Source: an uncultured virus (IMG/VR IMGVR_UViG_3300030376_007133) (taxonomy: Duplodnaviria; Heunggongvirae; Uroviricota; Caudoviricetes). Taken from it: 64,000 nucleotides of DNA. The stretch lies in IMG/VR virus record IMGVR_UViG_3300030376_007133; one strand, written 5' to 3'. Made by a program: the position numbers and the translations under genes. Below the pieces are notes generated by a model. That model worked only from the letters and a program-made list of their open reading frames with translations, had not been told where the DNA came from and did no database searches. This document shows positions 1 through 9,250 of the stretch, piece after piece; the first letter of the stretch is position 1, and each line of letters opens with the position of its first letter.

Positions 1-249
1 CCCCTTAGGAGTGATAGCAATAAAAACTATCTGGCCGGTTTTAGTCTTAACTTCTTCCAGCTTCGCATCTAAGTTTTCTTCTGTGATTACGAACCAATCG
101 ACAGGTGGCATTTCGACTTTAGCAGGACGTTCTTGGACCGGTATGGTCTTCTCAACGTACTCAGTCGTTACCACTACCTCCGGCTCCACTGTCCTCCCCA
201 GACACCCCGCTAGTATCAGCGGGCTCATCAGTAGGAGGGGTAGTTTCAT
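1..249 (-). CDS. Outer-membrane lipoprotein, probable o-spanin (3' end runs off window; missing from ORF track)
   Basis: Manual translation from ATG at 249: MKLPLLLMSPLILAGC-LGRTVEPEVVVTTEYVEKTIPVQERPAKVEMPP...; lipobox LAGC, Pro-rich, overlaps the end of the upstream TM/coiled-coil gene. Confidence 0.75.
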   Translation of the reverse strand, partial: MKLPLLLMSPLILAGCLGRTVEPEVVVTTEYVEKTIPVQERPAKVEMPPVDWFVITEENLDAKLEEVKTKTGQIVFIAITPKG

Positions 250-610
250 TTTCGATACGATTGATGAGCTTTTCGACTGCGTTATCAATTCTATCTTCGA
301 GTCCTTGTGCATTTGTTAATGCCTCCATAGTCAAATCAATTTTAGCAAAGACACCACGTAACTTGTTCAAATGTTCATTTGATTGTTGTAGTCTCTTCGA
401 TAAATCTCTGTTTAGTTTTTCGTTTTTCTCTGCGTCAGCCTTCATAGTGTTTACAGTATTCTGTAATGTCTCGGCAGCTGATTTTAGCTTTACATTGTTT
501 TCTCTCAATGTGTTCATAGTTTCTTGTGACCATAGGTAATAGCTATAACCACCATAGCCTACGCCACCGAGTAAAGAAACAATTATAAAAAATAAATAAA
601 TCTTAGCCAT
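161..610 (-). CDS. Probable i-spanin (N-terminal TM plus periplasmic coiled coil)
   Basis: Single N-terminal TM helix, long heptad-rich region, overlapping lipoprotein gene. Confidence 0.7.
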   Translation of the reverse strand: MAKIYLFFIIVSLLGGVGYGGYSYYLWSQETMNTLRENNVKLKSAAETLQNTVNTMKADAEKNEKLNRDLSKRLQQSNEHLNKLRGVFAKIDLTMEALTNAQGLEDRIDNAVEKLINRIENETTPPTDEPADTSGVSGEDSGAGGSGND

Positions 611-785
611 TTTGTTGATGTATATAGTCTCTAAAGCGCTTTAGTAAGACTGTCCTTTTCTTTGATCGTCTATCAGTTACATTAATAGGTTTAAAAGCTT
701 TACGAGCATGTGGTGCTAGGTCTACACCACCATGTGCTACTGAATTAGTAGGTGCGTCTTCTTCCATTTCTTTTTTCTTTTTCAT
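603..785 (-). CDS. Hypothetical protein (EEDAPTNS motif seen in T4-like phages)
   Basis: Tightly packed ORF with overlapping start/stop. Confidence 0.6.
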   Translation of the reverse strand: MKKKKEMEEDAPTNSVAHGGVDLAPHARKAFKPINVTDRRSKKRTVLLKRFRDYIHQQNG

Positions 786-1337
786 TTCGATATCTCCGAA
801 ACTGTAAAATATACTTTTCTTTGAGTACGCTGATGTACGCCTTCATAGATATCCAGGCCGCCAACATCTCCTACTGGAAAGCAATTATCTAAAACACGAA
901 TCTTATCTTTTCTTTTAACTAATTCTTCATGAGATTCGTTTAGCATTTTATCATTTAATATATGATAAACACCTGGTGATATTTGTTTTTCGTCTAGCAT
1001 AAACCACTGAGAGTTTTCATTAATCAGATCTAATGGATCGAGGCCTGATTCTTCAAGAGCTCTCTCAGGGTTCACACCATACTTTTCTTTTAATAAGAAC
1101 AGAGCGGAAGCTAAGGAACCAATTTTTCCGCCTGGTATTAATTTTTTTATATTATAAACTAGTCTATGGAATAAAGTATATGCTGCTTTTTCATCTGTTG
1201 TTTCTGGACTTCTGAGTTTTACCCTTTGCATCAATAAGACCCATCTTGAACGCCTTGGTCTTATTAAACGAAGTCGTTAAAAGTTTTAGAAATCTAAGGG
1301 TATACACCAGATCACCGGCGCGGGATAGTATCGTCAT
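782..1337 (-). pseudogene. Conserved T4-like hypothetical gene with a frameshift near 1217-1220 (real or assembly error)
   Basis: ATG at 1337 reads MTILSRAGDLVYTLRFLKLLTT...IDAKGK then stops; the other frame continues LRSPETTDEKAAYTLFHRLVYNIKKL; junction is GGT-AAAA-CTC. Confidence 0.6.
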
Positions 1338-1700
1338 TTAGATTTTCCTTAACGCTTCAATTGCAGTCTTATCCATTTTTATTTCTACCATCTGAGTATC
1401 CGTTATGTGTCTGAGGAATACCAGAAATGGCTTAATAACTTCTAGTTGTTCAGTATTCATTTTGTATAACAAAATATTCAGGGCTGCTTCGATGCCAAAT
1501 ACGTTAAAGATAACTATAATATGATTTAGTATCAAGCGATCAGATAACTGACCTGTTTCTAAGTATCGGTTAACTAACCGCTTGACGTATTTAAACCTGT
1601 TAAGGTCCTCGTTAAACTCTTCAGCATCTATTCCTAATGGGCTATAATAATTCTTGGCCGCATATAGGAACAAGTTCGCATCATTTAATTCAATTTTCAT
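1338..1700 (-). CDS. Conserved hypothetical protein of marine T4-like phages
   Basis: EDLNRFKYVKRL...RLILNHIIVIFNVFG motif. Confidence 0.7.
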   Translation of the reverse strand: MKIELNDANLFLYAAKNYYSPLGIDAEEFNEDLNRFKYVKRLVNRYLETGQLSDRLILNHIIVIFNVFGIEAALNILLYKMNTEQLEVIKPFLVFLRHITDTQMVEIKMDKTAIEALRKI

Positions 1701-1703
1701 TTT

Positions 1704-2015
1704 CTACGTTCTTTTTATAATACCTTTCATTGTATTTATTAACGTAGATTTGTTTTTACGACGGTCTAGTTCAACGCCGTTTTCACGACCAAGTTCTTCT
1801 AATTCAACTTTAGTCATACCTTCTAGATCGCCTTCGTTTAATGTTTCGAGCGTAGGCTCAGGAGCCGGATCTGCTTCGGTTAACATCTGTCCACCTTGCG
1901 CTGCATGCCACTCATCAATTTCTTCTTGAGTAAAATCCCAACGCACCATGATCCGACCATCTTCTCGTTGCCACCCACGTAGGGTAGGTACGTGATTTGC
2001 TGGTCCTTTAATCAT
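1704..2015 (-). CDS. Hypothetical protein with C-terminal HeH/Rho-N-like helix pair
   Basis: LEGMTKVELEELGRENGVELDRRKNKSTLI. Confidence 0.55.
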   Translation of the reverse strand: MIKGPANHVPTLRGWQREDGRIMVRWDFTQEEIDEWHAAQGGQMLTEADPAPEPTLETLNEGDLEGMTKVELEELGRENGVELDRRKNKSTLINTMKGIIKRT

Positions 2016-2809
2016 TATTTGTCCTCTACTTTTTTCATAGTTTCGGCTTTAGCAGCCTTTTTATTTACTTCATCTTTTGCCTGGTTAGGCACAGTTCTCA
2101 TTGCATCTTGTGCATTCTTAGCAACAATCTTTTCATGGTCTACTGAATCAGCTGGTACTTGATTACCATCATGATCTTTAATCCACTGCGCTGCGGCCGC
2201 TGATATGTGATCTTGGCTTTGATTTACAGTTTCACCTTCATGATCTTTTAATTGCTTTTCAGCAGGAATCATTTGTTGTGGTGGCACAGCATTCTGATTA
2301 ACCACATTCTTTTCCATGATTCGCTGATAGATTGGCCATTGAGTATTCTCTTGTGCCATGTTACTATCTGAACTCATAGCTTTCTCACCTTTTTCCTTTT
2401 TCTTCTTAGGATTCATTACAACTTCATCTTCACCCATTTTTTTCTTCATGCCTTTAGGTGCAAGTTCATTCTGTTCTTTTTTCATCAAGTCATCATGATT
2501 CTTCTTAGCATATGCATCAGCCTCAGGTTTAGTATCAAACTCTTTGACTTTTTTATTGTTAATGTCATAGACACAAAACTTACCTGTCTCTTTATCTTTT
2601 GAAACATGGCTTGTTGGATCCATATCATGGTCTTTTTTAGCATCGTAGTCTGCTTCATCCATTTTTTTCTTTTTGCGCATCATTGCGAAATCAGAACCGT
2701 CGATGTCGCCATCTCCGTCTTTGTCTAACTTCTTCTGACCGCCTTTTAACTTTTCTTGGACCTGCTTGTATGCCTGCCCAATGCTCTCGATATATTCTTT
2801 ATTTTCCAT
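2015..2809 (-). CDS. Charged protein with EF-hand-like loop, possible internal head protein
   Basis: LDKDGDGDIDGSDF; Lys/Asp/Glu-rich. Confidence 0.55.
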   Translation of the reverse strand: MENKEYIESIGQAYKQVQEKLKGGQKKLDKDGDGDIDGSDFAMMRKKKKMDEADYDAKKDHDMDPTSHVSKDKETGKFCVYDINNKKVKEFDTKPEADAYAKKNHDDLMKKEQNELAPKGMKKKMGEDEVVMNPKKKKEKGEKAMSSDSNMAQENTQWPIYQRIMEKNVVNQNAVPPQQMIPAEKQLKDHEGETVNQSQDHISAAAAQWIKDHDGNQVPADSVDHEKIVAKNAQDAMRTVPNQAKDEVNKKAAKAETMKKVEDK

Positions 2810-2821
2810 TGGTTCCTTCCT

Positions 2822-3100
2822 TTACATCCATATTTGGGCGGCTATGGCGCCGACGGCTGCCACTATGGCAATCCAGAATAATTTATTTATAACACCGATA
2901 GTACGTGCGTTATCGCCTACCGTGTTTTCTATTTTATCTAATTTCTCTGAGAACTTATTCATTCGTTCCCAAGAGTTAGTGCGATACTCATTATAAGCAT
3001 CCATCTTCTCTTCAAAGCGGGCAAGTGCCACTAGTACTTCGCTCATCTTATCTAATTTTTCTTCTATGCGATCTAGTCGCTTTGCAGTTCCTTCGGCCAT
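2822..3100 (-). CDS. Coiled-coil protein with C-terminal TM (XhlA-like architecture, possible lysis role)
   Basis: RLDRIEEKLD coiled coil; LFWIAIVAAVGAIAA TM. Confidence 0.5.
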   Translation of the reverse strand: MAEGTAKRLDRIEEKLDKMSEVLVALARFEEKMDAYNEYRTNSWERMNKFSEKLDKIENTVGDNARTIGVINKLFWIAIVAAVGAIAAQIWM

Positions 3101-3828
3101 TAACACTTCCACCTTCTACGTGCAGCTTTACCTCTTTCACCTGTCCAACCTTTAGATCTAGCACAAAAGGACTTACGTCTCTTTGCATCTTTACTACCAC
3201 GTTTTACTTTACCGGTTACTGCTGTTTTTAGTTTACTTCCAGGGTTTTTTGCTCGGAATGCTGCGACACCCTTTTTAGTCATGCCAGCGCCGTCTTTTGT
3301 TGACAAAAAGTTGCCACTCTTTTTAGAAGTGTCAATAGGATTAGATTCTCTATCTTCATTAGTTTTTGGTTTCTTTTTATATGTGTCTAAACCTTTACCA
3401 GGAGCCATTCTATCAGGCTTACTAGATTGAGATGTTGCAATACGTTTATATGCACCTTCTTCTTTCTCATCACCTTTATTTGTGTGTGGATTATCTTGAT
3501 AGCTTTTACGTCTTAATGATGCTATGCCTTTTTTAGATCTCACTATAACATTTTCATCTTTTTTCTTATCTTTATCTAATTTTTTACGTAGATCTTTTAA
3601 ACCCATCTTAAGTTTTTCTTTATCTACACCGACATTTTTACTAATACCAGATTTAGTAATATTTTTCATGCTTAATGATAGTTCATCAAGATCAGATTCT
3701 TTTATACCTACTTTTTTCATAAGCATCCCCATCGCTTTTTCTTTATCTTTATCATTAAGACTTTTATCAAGCTTTTGTACTTCTTTATCAAGCATTGCTA
3801 TTTGGTCTGGATTTAGTGTCTTAGCCAT
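3100..3828 (-). CDS. Lys-rich hypothetical protein, possible internal protein
   Basis: C-terminal KRRKSFCARS...ARRRWKC module common in T4-like marine phages. Confidence 0.6.
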   Translation of the reverse strand: MAKTLNPDQIAMLDKEVQKLDKSLNDKDKEKAMGMLMKKVGIKESDLDELSLSMKNITKSGISKNVGVDKEKLKMGLKDLRKKLDKDKKKDENVIVRSKKGIASLRRKSYQDNPHTNKGDEKEEGAYKRIATSQSSKPDRMAPGKGLDTYKKKPKTNEDRESNPIDTSKKSGNFLSTKDGAGMTKKGVAAFRAKNPGSKLKTAVTGKVKRGSKDAKRRKSFCARSKGWTGERGKAARRRWKC

Positions 3829-5213
3829 TACATTTCTCTGAATTTCATTATTGCTTTTCTTCGAGCAGAAGCCATACCTTTATCACGTTTTTGTACTGTC
3901 TTTAAATCTTTATATGGGCTTGTCTTACGTACCATATTTGCCGCAGCTGAATTATTTGCACGATCTTTGCTATATCGCGCTTTATCCATGTAACGTTTAC
4001 GCGCCTTATCAGAATCTAAGACTTCGTTTTTCATATCTTTTTCAGATGGTATTTTAAATGGTGCCTTCTTAAGAGTTACGGCCGCTTTACCTTTTTCAGA
4101 TGACTGTGCAGATTTTGAAAGTTTCTTTTGCAGAGCTGCATTTTGGTTTTCATTCTTAGGTACACAGTTAGGCACACGTCGTCCGCCTTTCATTTTATAA
4201 CCAACCTGTTTATGAGAATCCCAGCATGCTTCATCTACATCTTCGTTTGGACCTGGATGTGTAGACTTCTTAGCAACTGCTTTATCTCTATTCATCATCT
4301 TCTTAATCTTCTGAAGTTTTTCTCTATCAGCATCTTTTTCAGCTTTAGACTTACCAAATATATCACGCATAGGAGTCATAGAACGTGCAATCTCATTAAT
4401 TGTACTTTCGTTTTTTCCTTTTGCTGCAATTTTCTTTTTAGCAACATCTCTCATCTTTTTATGAACTCGTGCCTTATCTTGATATTGATCTAGTTCCCAA
4501 TCCATTTTAACAGCATTATCAGTAGGATGATATTCACCAGTAGCATGTTGACCAATACGTTTGGTAACTTTCTTTTTATAGCTTTTCATTGTATCTTTTG
4601 ATAATTCACTAACTGGCTTTTTCTCATCATCTTTTGTTTTCTTCATGGCTTTGCGAGCAAGGTTCTTTGCAACGTTCTTATCTTTTACAATATTACCGAA
4701 TTTATCTTTTCGTTGCGCTTGAGGCTTTCTCCAACCTGAATCATATGACCATGAATGTGCTTCAAATGTCAACATAGATTCTTTATAAATGTGTGGATGC
4801 TCTTCTTTTGCATGATCATGATCACCACCATAATGGTTACCAAGAGCTTTCTTTACATTCTTTTTAGGGCCGTGATATTTAACTTCATCATCTCCATGAT
4901 AAGTTGTTTTAACGCCATGCTTCTTTTTCATATGAGCTGCGTGTGCTTTTTTCTGAGCTTCATTCTCATGTGAGTGCATTGCATGATTTGATGAAACGTG
5001 ATCCTTTGCCTCATTAGTAGATTCTTTCATTTTTTTAACGTCTCCATGTCCTGCTTTAGCGGCACCTAGTCTATACTTATTTCGACTGGCAGGTGTATTA
5101 TGAGGCTTTACATTATAGCCAGAACCATCCTTATGTACATGTATAATTTCATGCGTCTGTCCAGCGTGTGGTCCACGTGTAACTGTAACCTTATCCCCTA
5201 CCTTATGTGCCAT
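3828..5213 (-). CDS. Lys/His-rich modular protein, possible internal head polyprotein
   Basis: Modules bounded by xxE sites; EACWDSHKQVG...VPNCVP motif. Confidence 0.6.
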   Translation of the reverse strand: MAHKVGDKVTVTRGPHAGQTHEIIHVHKDGSGYNVKPHNTPASRNKYRLGAAKAGHGDVKKMKESTNEAKDHVSSNHAMHSHENEAQKKAHAAHMKKKHGVKTTYHGDDEVKYHGPKKNVKKALGNHYGGDHDHAKEEHPHIYKESMLTFEAHSWSYDSGWRKPQAQRKDKFGNIVKDKNVAKNLARKAMKKTKDDEKKPVSELSKDTMKSYKKKVTKRIGQHATGEYHPTDNAVKMDWELDQYQDKARVHKKMRDVAKKKIAAKGKNESTINEIARSMTPMRDIFGKSKAEKDADREKLQKIKKMMNRDKAVAKKSTHPGPNEDVDEACWDSHKQVGYKMKGGRRVPNCVPKNENQNAALQKKLSKSAQSSEKGKAAVTLKKAPFKIPSEKDMKNEVLDSDKARKRYMDKARYSKDRANNSAAANMVRKTSPYKDLKTVQKRDKGMASARRKAIMKFREM

Positions 5214-5216
5214 CTT

Positions 5217-5462
5217 TTATCCCTTTACCTTAGCTGCGAGGTCCTTATCTGCTCCGCCCCACGTACCTGATGATTTTGTTGTGAATGAATTAACTCTAGC
5301 CATAGCCCACTGTTGTGGAGTAGTGCCCGGTCTGTGACCTGTTTTCCAAGCGGCCATACCTCTGTTGTATACCTTTTTTAAAACACTAAGAGGCATTTTA
5401 CTTTTTGCGGCTTTATTCTTTAAGCCTTCATTTTCAGTGATGTACTGGCTAAATTTAATCAT
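5217..5462 (-). CDS. Small basic protein with capsid-targeting-like N-terminus
   Basis: MIKFSQYITE; VYNRGMAAWKTGHRPG...QQWAMARVNSF. Confidence 0.65.
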   Translation of the reverse strand: MIKFSQYITENEGLKNKAAKSKMPLSVLKKVYNRGMAAWKTGHRPGTTPQQWAMARVNSFTTKSSGTWGGADKDLAAKVKG

Positions 5463-5464
5463 GA

Positions 5465-5806
5465 CTATTTCTTCTTATCTGGATGGCCTTTACCGCCATC
5501 TGCTTTGTTTGCCCATACTGCTTTACGCTGTGCTGCTGATACATAACCTTCTTCTTTATCCATCATTTTGCCTTTGGCTAATTTTCTCATACCTTTTCTC
5601 ACATTAGTCTTCATATCGTGAGCTCTTGTATCAGTATCTAAGTTAGGATACTTGCCTTTCATTCTTGCAACATGCATATCCTTTTTAGCATCTCTCTTTA
5701 CAATGTCAGCTGCAGCCTTTTTTCTGTACTGTTTCATTTTTTCAGGGCTTAGCTCATCGAGTTTCTTTTCTTGTAAGCCTTCCCTTAACTCGAAATAAGT
5801 TTTCAT
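5465..5806 (-). CDS. Basic protein with capsid-targeting-like N-terminus
   Basis: MKTYFELRE resembles T4 IPII/IPIII MKTYQEFIAE. Confidence 0.6.
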   Translation of the reverse strand: MKTYFELREGLQEKKLDELSPEKMKQYRKKAAADIVKRDAKKDMHVARMKGKYPNLDTDTRAHDMKTNVRKGMRKLAKGKMMDKEEGYVSAAQRKAVWANKADGGKGHPDKKK

Positions 5807-6876
5807 TAGTCGTCTCCAAACATTTGTTTAAATTTTTTAGTGTGTTTACTAGGTTTAGTTTTTGCATCAGCATCACCTGGTGCTGGCTTATATGATTTAG
5901 GATCACCGTCAGGCATTTTAGCTTGACGCTTGAACTGTGCTTTACGTTTGTCCTTAGTAGACTTTGCTAATCCTTTATGATATGCAGGATTATTAGCTTC
6001 CTTAGGTGCAAACTTCTTTTTAATATCTGCTACTGATGCATCTGTACCGTAATCAAGTACTTTCTCAACAGCGTCTAACCATTGACGAGTCTTAGTGCCA
6101 TTAGCTTCAACTATAACGTAGTTGGTACCACAAACTGTAATGGTACCAACTTCGTTCGTCTCTTTTATAATGACCTCATCACCCTCACTAAATAGTTGTC
6201 CCTCTACATAAGCTTCACGCTCTGGAGAGACTGAGTCAAATTGTATCATATTTTTAAATTCTTTTGTTTCTTTGAGTCCTAGTCCTCTTCGAACATCGTT
6301 AAATAATTTCTTAGCATCATTATTGGACATTGCATTTGGAAGACCCTGTGCAAAGTTAGTGAAATCATTATCGACTGCGTACTTACGCTGTTTAGTGCCT
6401 GATGCACCTTCAGCCCCTTCCGCGTCTGGATCTCTCTGTCCGGCAGATACTATCTTAATTCCGTCTTTAAAGTTGTAAAATCCATGTCGGCCTTTCTTGC
6501 CGTTATACATGTTCAACCTTTTATTGTATTCATTCACACGATCAGAACCTGCAACCATTACTACGCTGCGGTATCCTTCATCATATAATGCAGTAAGTGC
6601 TGCAAAAGGTGTTTTCGCTTTCTTGTTCATCATTACCTGACGAGCATGCTTCGGAAACATCTTGCGCACATACTTGATTTTTGAATTGTATGGGATTGGA
6701 TTTTTCTTATCACTAGACTGTGATAAAAATACACGGTATGGATTGCGTCCTGATGAAGACGCAAGTTTATCTAATAACTTACCATGACCTATAGTGGGAG
6801 GATTCATTCTACCGAAGGTAAAATAAGCTGTCTTTTCCTCCTCAACCAGAAATTGAGAAAAACTATTAATAGGCAT
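5806..6876 (-). CDS. HxGH-superfamily nucleotidyltransferase (cytidylyltransferase/NMNAT-like)
   Basis: FTFGRMNPPTIGHGKL, MVAGSDR, ASGTKQR. Confidence 0.75.
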   Translation of the reverse strand: MPINSFSQFLVEEEKTAYFTFGRMNPPTIGHGKLLDKLASSSGRNPYRVFLSQSSDKKNPIPYNSKIKYVRKMFPKHARQVMMNKKAKTPFAALTALYDEGYRSVVMVAGSDRVNEYNKRLNMYNGKKGRHGFYNFKDGIKIVSAGQRDPDAEGAEGASGTKQRKYAVDNDFTNFAQGLPNAMSNNDAKKLFNDVRRGLGLKETKEFKNMIQFDSVSPEREAYVEGQLFSEGDEVIIKETNEVGTITVCGTNYVIVEANGTKTRQWLDAVEKVLDYGTDASVADIKKKFAPKEANNPAYHKGLAKSTKDKRKAQFKRQAKMPDGDPKSYKPAPGDADAKTKPSKHTKKFKQMFGDD

Positions 6877-7242
6877 TTATCTACCGCGTTTCCTTTTTAA
6901 CTCTTGTTTACGCTTATCTTTTCTTAAACGTCTACCTAGGTTTTTAATACGACCTGCAATTTTACTTAGACGTTTTTCAAGCGCTCCCTTTTGAGCTGCG
7001 GATAACTCGGATTTGGCTCTGCCTTTAGACATTTTTTGGCCTATATCTTTACGCCCTTGCCTTTGAGCACGACGATCGATACGTTTTTTATCAGCGATTT
7101 TGAACTTTAAGCGTTTCTTACCAAGTGCAAGTTTAGCTTTATTCTTCTTCATTTTGACTTTTGCCCTACGTCTCTGCGCAGGAGTCCATTCTCGCTCACT
7201 AATTTCTTCGTAGTTCTCTACGAATTCTTTGAATTTAAACAT
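6877..7242 (-). CDS. Highly basic protein with capsid-targeting-like N-terminus
   Basis: MFKFKEFVE; Arg/Lys-rich. Confidence 0.6.
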   Translation of the reverse strand: MFKFKEFVENYEEISEREWTPAQRRRAKVKMKKNKAKLALGKKRLKFKIADKKRIDRRAQRQGRKDIGQKMSKGRAKSELSAAQKGALEKRLSKIAGRIKNLGRRLRKDKRKQELKRKRGR

Positions 7243-8472
7243 TTAGTTCCGTCCCGGTTTATCCCATCCCTTTAATATATTGGGTGAAAAGTTGTTGTAT
7301 GAAAATTCCATACGATCAACGAGTTTCACTGCATCACCACCAAGTTTATCAATAGCAACAAAGCCTTCGGCACCTGTTACCTTGAATCCATTCTTTGTCT
7401 TCACAAAAGATTTAACTTTCTGTAATGTATTAAGCTTATTTATAAGTTTTAATTTCGCTACTACAATTAATTTTTGCAGTTCGAACATTTTTATTAGATT
7501 TGCCTTGTTCTGTGGCGAAAAGAACGACAGCATCTGCTGTTTAGCATCTCTTTGAGACTGCTTGCCCTTCTCTGACTTACGTTTAGCTTCTTCTTTACCA
7601 TACTTGAGGCCAATCCATTTGATCAGCATATCAGTATGACGTTTAGTATTTTGTACAACCTGTCCCTTTCGAACATACTTATTATTAAATTGTTCGATAA
7701 GTTGTGCAAGTTGTTGGTTAGACTGCAGTTCTCGCAGTGTAGAACCTGCAATCTGATTGAATAATTTACCAGCTTGTGACAATGATTTGTTTACATCGTC
7801 AGTTTCTTTCTTGTTCATCAAAAGGTTAGTATGATCTCGTAACATTGCGTCTTGAGACCATACCGCTTTTGATTTTTTCATTCCTCTAACGTTGACACCG
7901 TAACTGGCTCTGAGGGAATCGAAACTAGTTCCACTATATGACGTGTGCCAGACGATCCCAATGGTAGCGCGTGTGATATCACGAGCAGCATCATTATCAG
8001 AAGGAACAGCATAAACAATGGTGTTTGGATGAAACGTAACATATTTTTGTCCTTTAATGTTTACTTTTTTTACATCACCAGGGCCAAACAAGAAGTCACC
8101 TTGGATAATTCCTTTAATTCCAAGTTTGGGCAATTCACGTAAAGCAGACTTAAGCTTGTCAGCAAGGTCGCCACTAGTGTCATTATCAACATCAGCAGCG
8201 GTCTTATAAATCTTGGGGTTCTTATTGAAGATCCCTTTTTTCGCAACGAAGAATACTCCGTCCGAAGGATCAGTGCCAGCAAAAATAGCAGGGGCACCGT
8301 CCCACTTAACAGATACGTTACCATCTTGTTCGCCTTTCAGCATATCGCGTAAAGAACGTAATGCATTGATTGCTTGCCGAGTACCTTCCACTCCACCATA
8401 GAGAACCTTATCCTCTATGTGTGTCATGTGAGTATTCTTCTGCTCAGTCAATGTTTCTTTAAACGATATCAT
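7243..8472 (-). CDS. Ligase/capping-superfamily nucleotidyltransferase-like protein (DUF6267-like)
   Basis: Motif I VKWDG, motif III-like IQGDFLF, motif IV EGFV, motif V VKLVDR. Confidence 0.65.
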   Translation of the reverse strand: MISFKETLTEQKNTHMTHIEDKVLYGGVEGTRQAINALRSLRDMLKGEQDGNVSVKWDGAPAIFAGTDPSDGVFFVAKKGIFNKNPKIYKTAADVDNDTSGDLADKLKSALRELPKLGIKGIIQGDFLFGPGDVKKVNIKGQKYVTFHPNTIVYAVPSDNDAARDITRATIGIVWHTSYSGTSFDSLRASYGVNVRGMKKSKAVWSQDAMLRDHTNLLMNKKETDDVNKSLSQAGKLFNQIAGSTLRELQSNQQLAQLIEQFNNKYVRKGQVVQNTKRHTDMLIKWIGLKYGKEEAKRKSEKGKQSQRDAKQQMLSFFSPQNKANLIKMFELQKLIVVAKLKLINKLNTLQKVKSFVKTKNGFKVTGAEGFVAIDKLGGDAVKLVDRMEFSYNNFSPNILKGWDKPGRN

Positions 8473-8500
8473 CTTGTTTCCCTGAATGTCATACCGGTAT

Positions 8501-8529
8501 ATTATACCACGTTTCTCGTGATTTGTACA
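8501..8529 (-). promoter_or_regulatory. Sigma70-type promoter TGTACA-N17-TATAAT
   Basis: Exact 17-bp spacer, extended -10 TG, upstream of ATG 8472. Confidence 0.7.
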
Positions 8530-8531
8530 AT

Positions 8532-8753
8532 TTAATGTGCGTCGTAATACGATTTACTTATCTCACCACGATTAACTGTGTTCGCATCAGTTGTTTTTTT
8601 AGTCTTAACATATATAGATGTACCGCCTGTCGTACGTATACCACCAGAGGATTTTGCCCATAGCTTTCTTTGCTGTGGAAGTCCTGCACCAGGATCTGGA
8701 GGTGCATTATCATATTGCCATCCAGGTAAATTAGTAATATTTACATATGCCAT
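8532..8753 (-). CDS. Hypothetical protein
   Basis: Packed ORF coupled to upstream stop. Confidence 0.55.
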   Translation of the reverse strand: MAYVNITNLPGWQYDNAPPDPGAGLPQQRKLWAKSSGGIRTTGGTSIYVKTKKTTDANTVNRGEISKSYYDAH

Positions 8754-9250
8754 TATTCGGCTTCTCCCATTAGTTTATCGTATTCAGCTTGATCTACTAC
8801 ACCTTCGCGCAATAGCTTTTCACGGTTTGCCATGTGCTTCATAGTGATCTCTTCTTTTGATCCACCGAAGTAAGCCACTGCATGACCTTCTTCGATCATA
8901 ATAGTTGTCAAGCGTCTTATTTCATATGAGTTGTCTTTGTTTTTATATTCTATATTGAAATCACCAAGGATACGGCCGAACTTGCCTTTCATATCCTCAC
9001 CTTTTCTATCTTCTTCTGTAATAAGCTTTACATGTTCGCTTTTAAATAATTCTTTGACTCTTGCCTTTGCAGCTTCGCCAAATAGATCTTCTACTTTATC
9101 TCTTGTTCGTGACTCGGGTGTGTCAATACCCATGATACGTACTCTTTCATCATGTAACCATATACCAAATCCTAAATCAATATCAACATCTACCGTATCA
9201 CCGTCAACGACCTTAATTAATTTTACGTCGTATTTGTTTTCGGTTGCCAT
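8753..9250 (-). CDS. Thermonuclease (SNase-like) family protein
   Basis: KVVDGDTVDV, RVRIMGIDTPE, GKFGRILG. Confidence 0.85.
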   Translation of the reverse strand: MATENKYDVKLIKVVDGDTVDVDIDLGFGIWLHDERVRIMGIDTPESRTRDKVEDLFGEAAKARVKELFKSEHVKLITEEDRKGEDMKGKFGRILGDFNIEYKNKDNSYEIRRLTTIMIEEGHAVAYFGGSKEEITMKHMANREKLLREGVVDQAEYDKLMGEAE

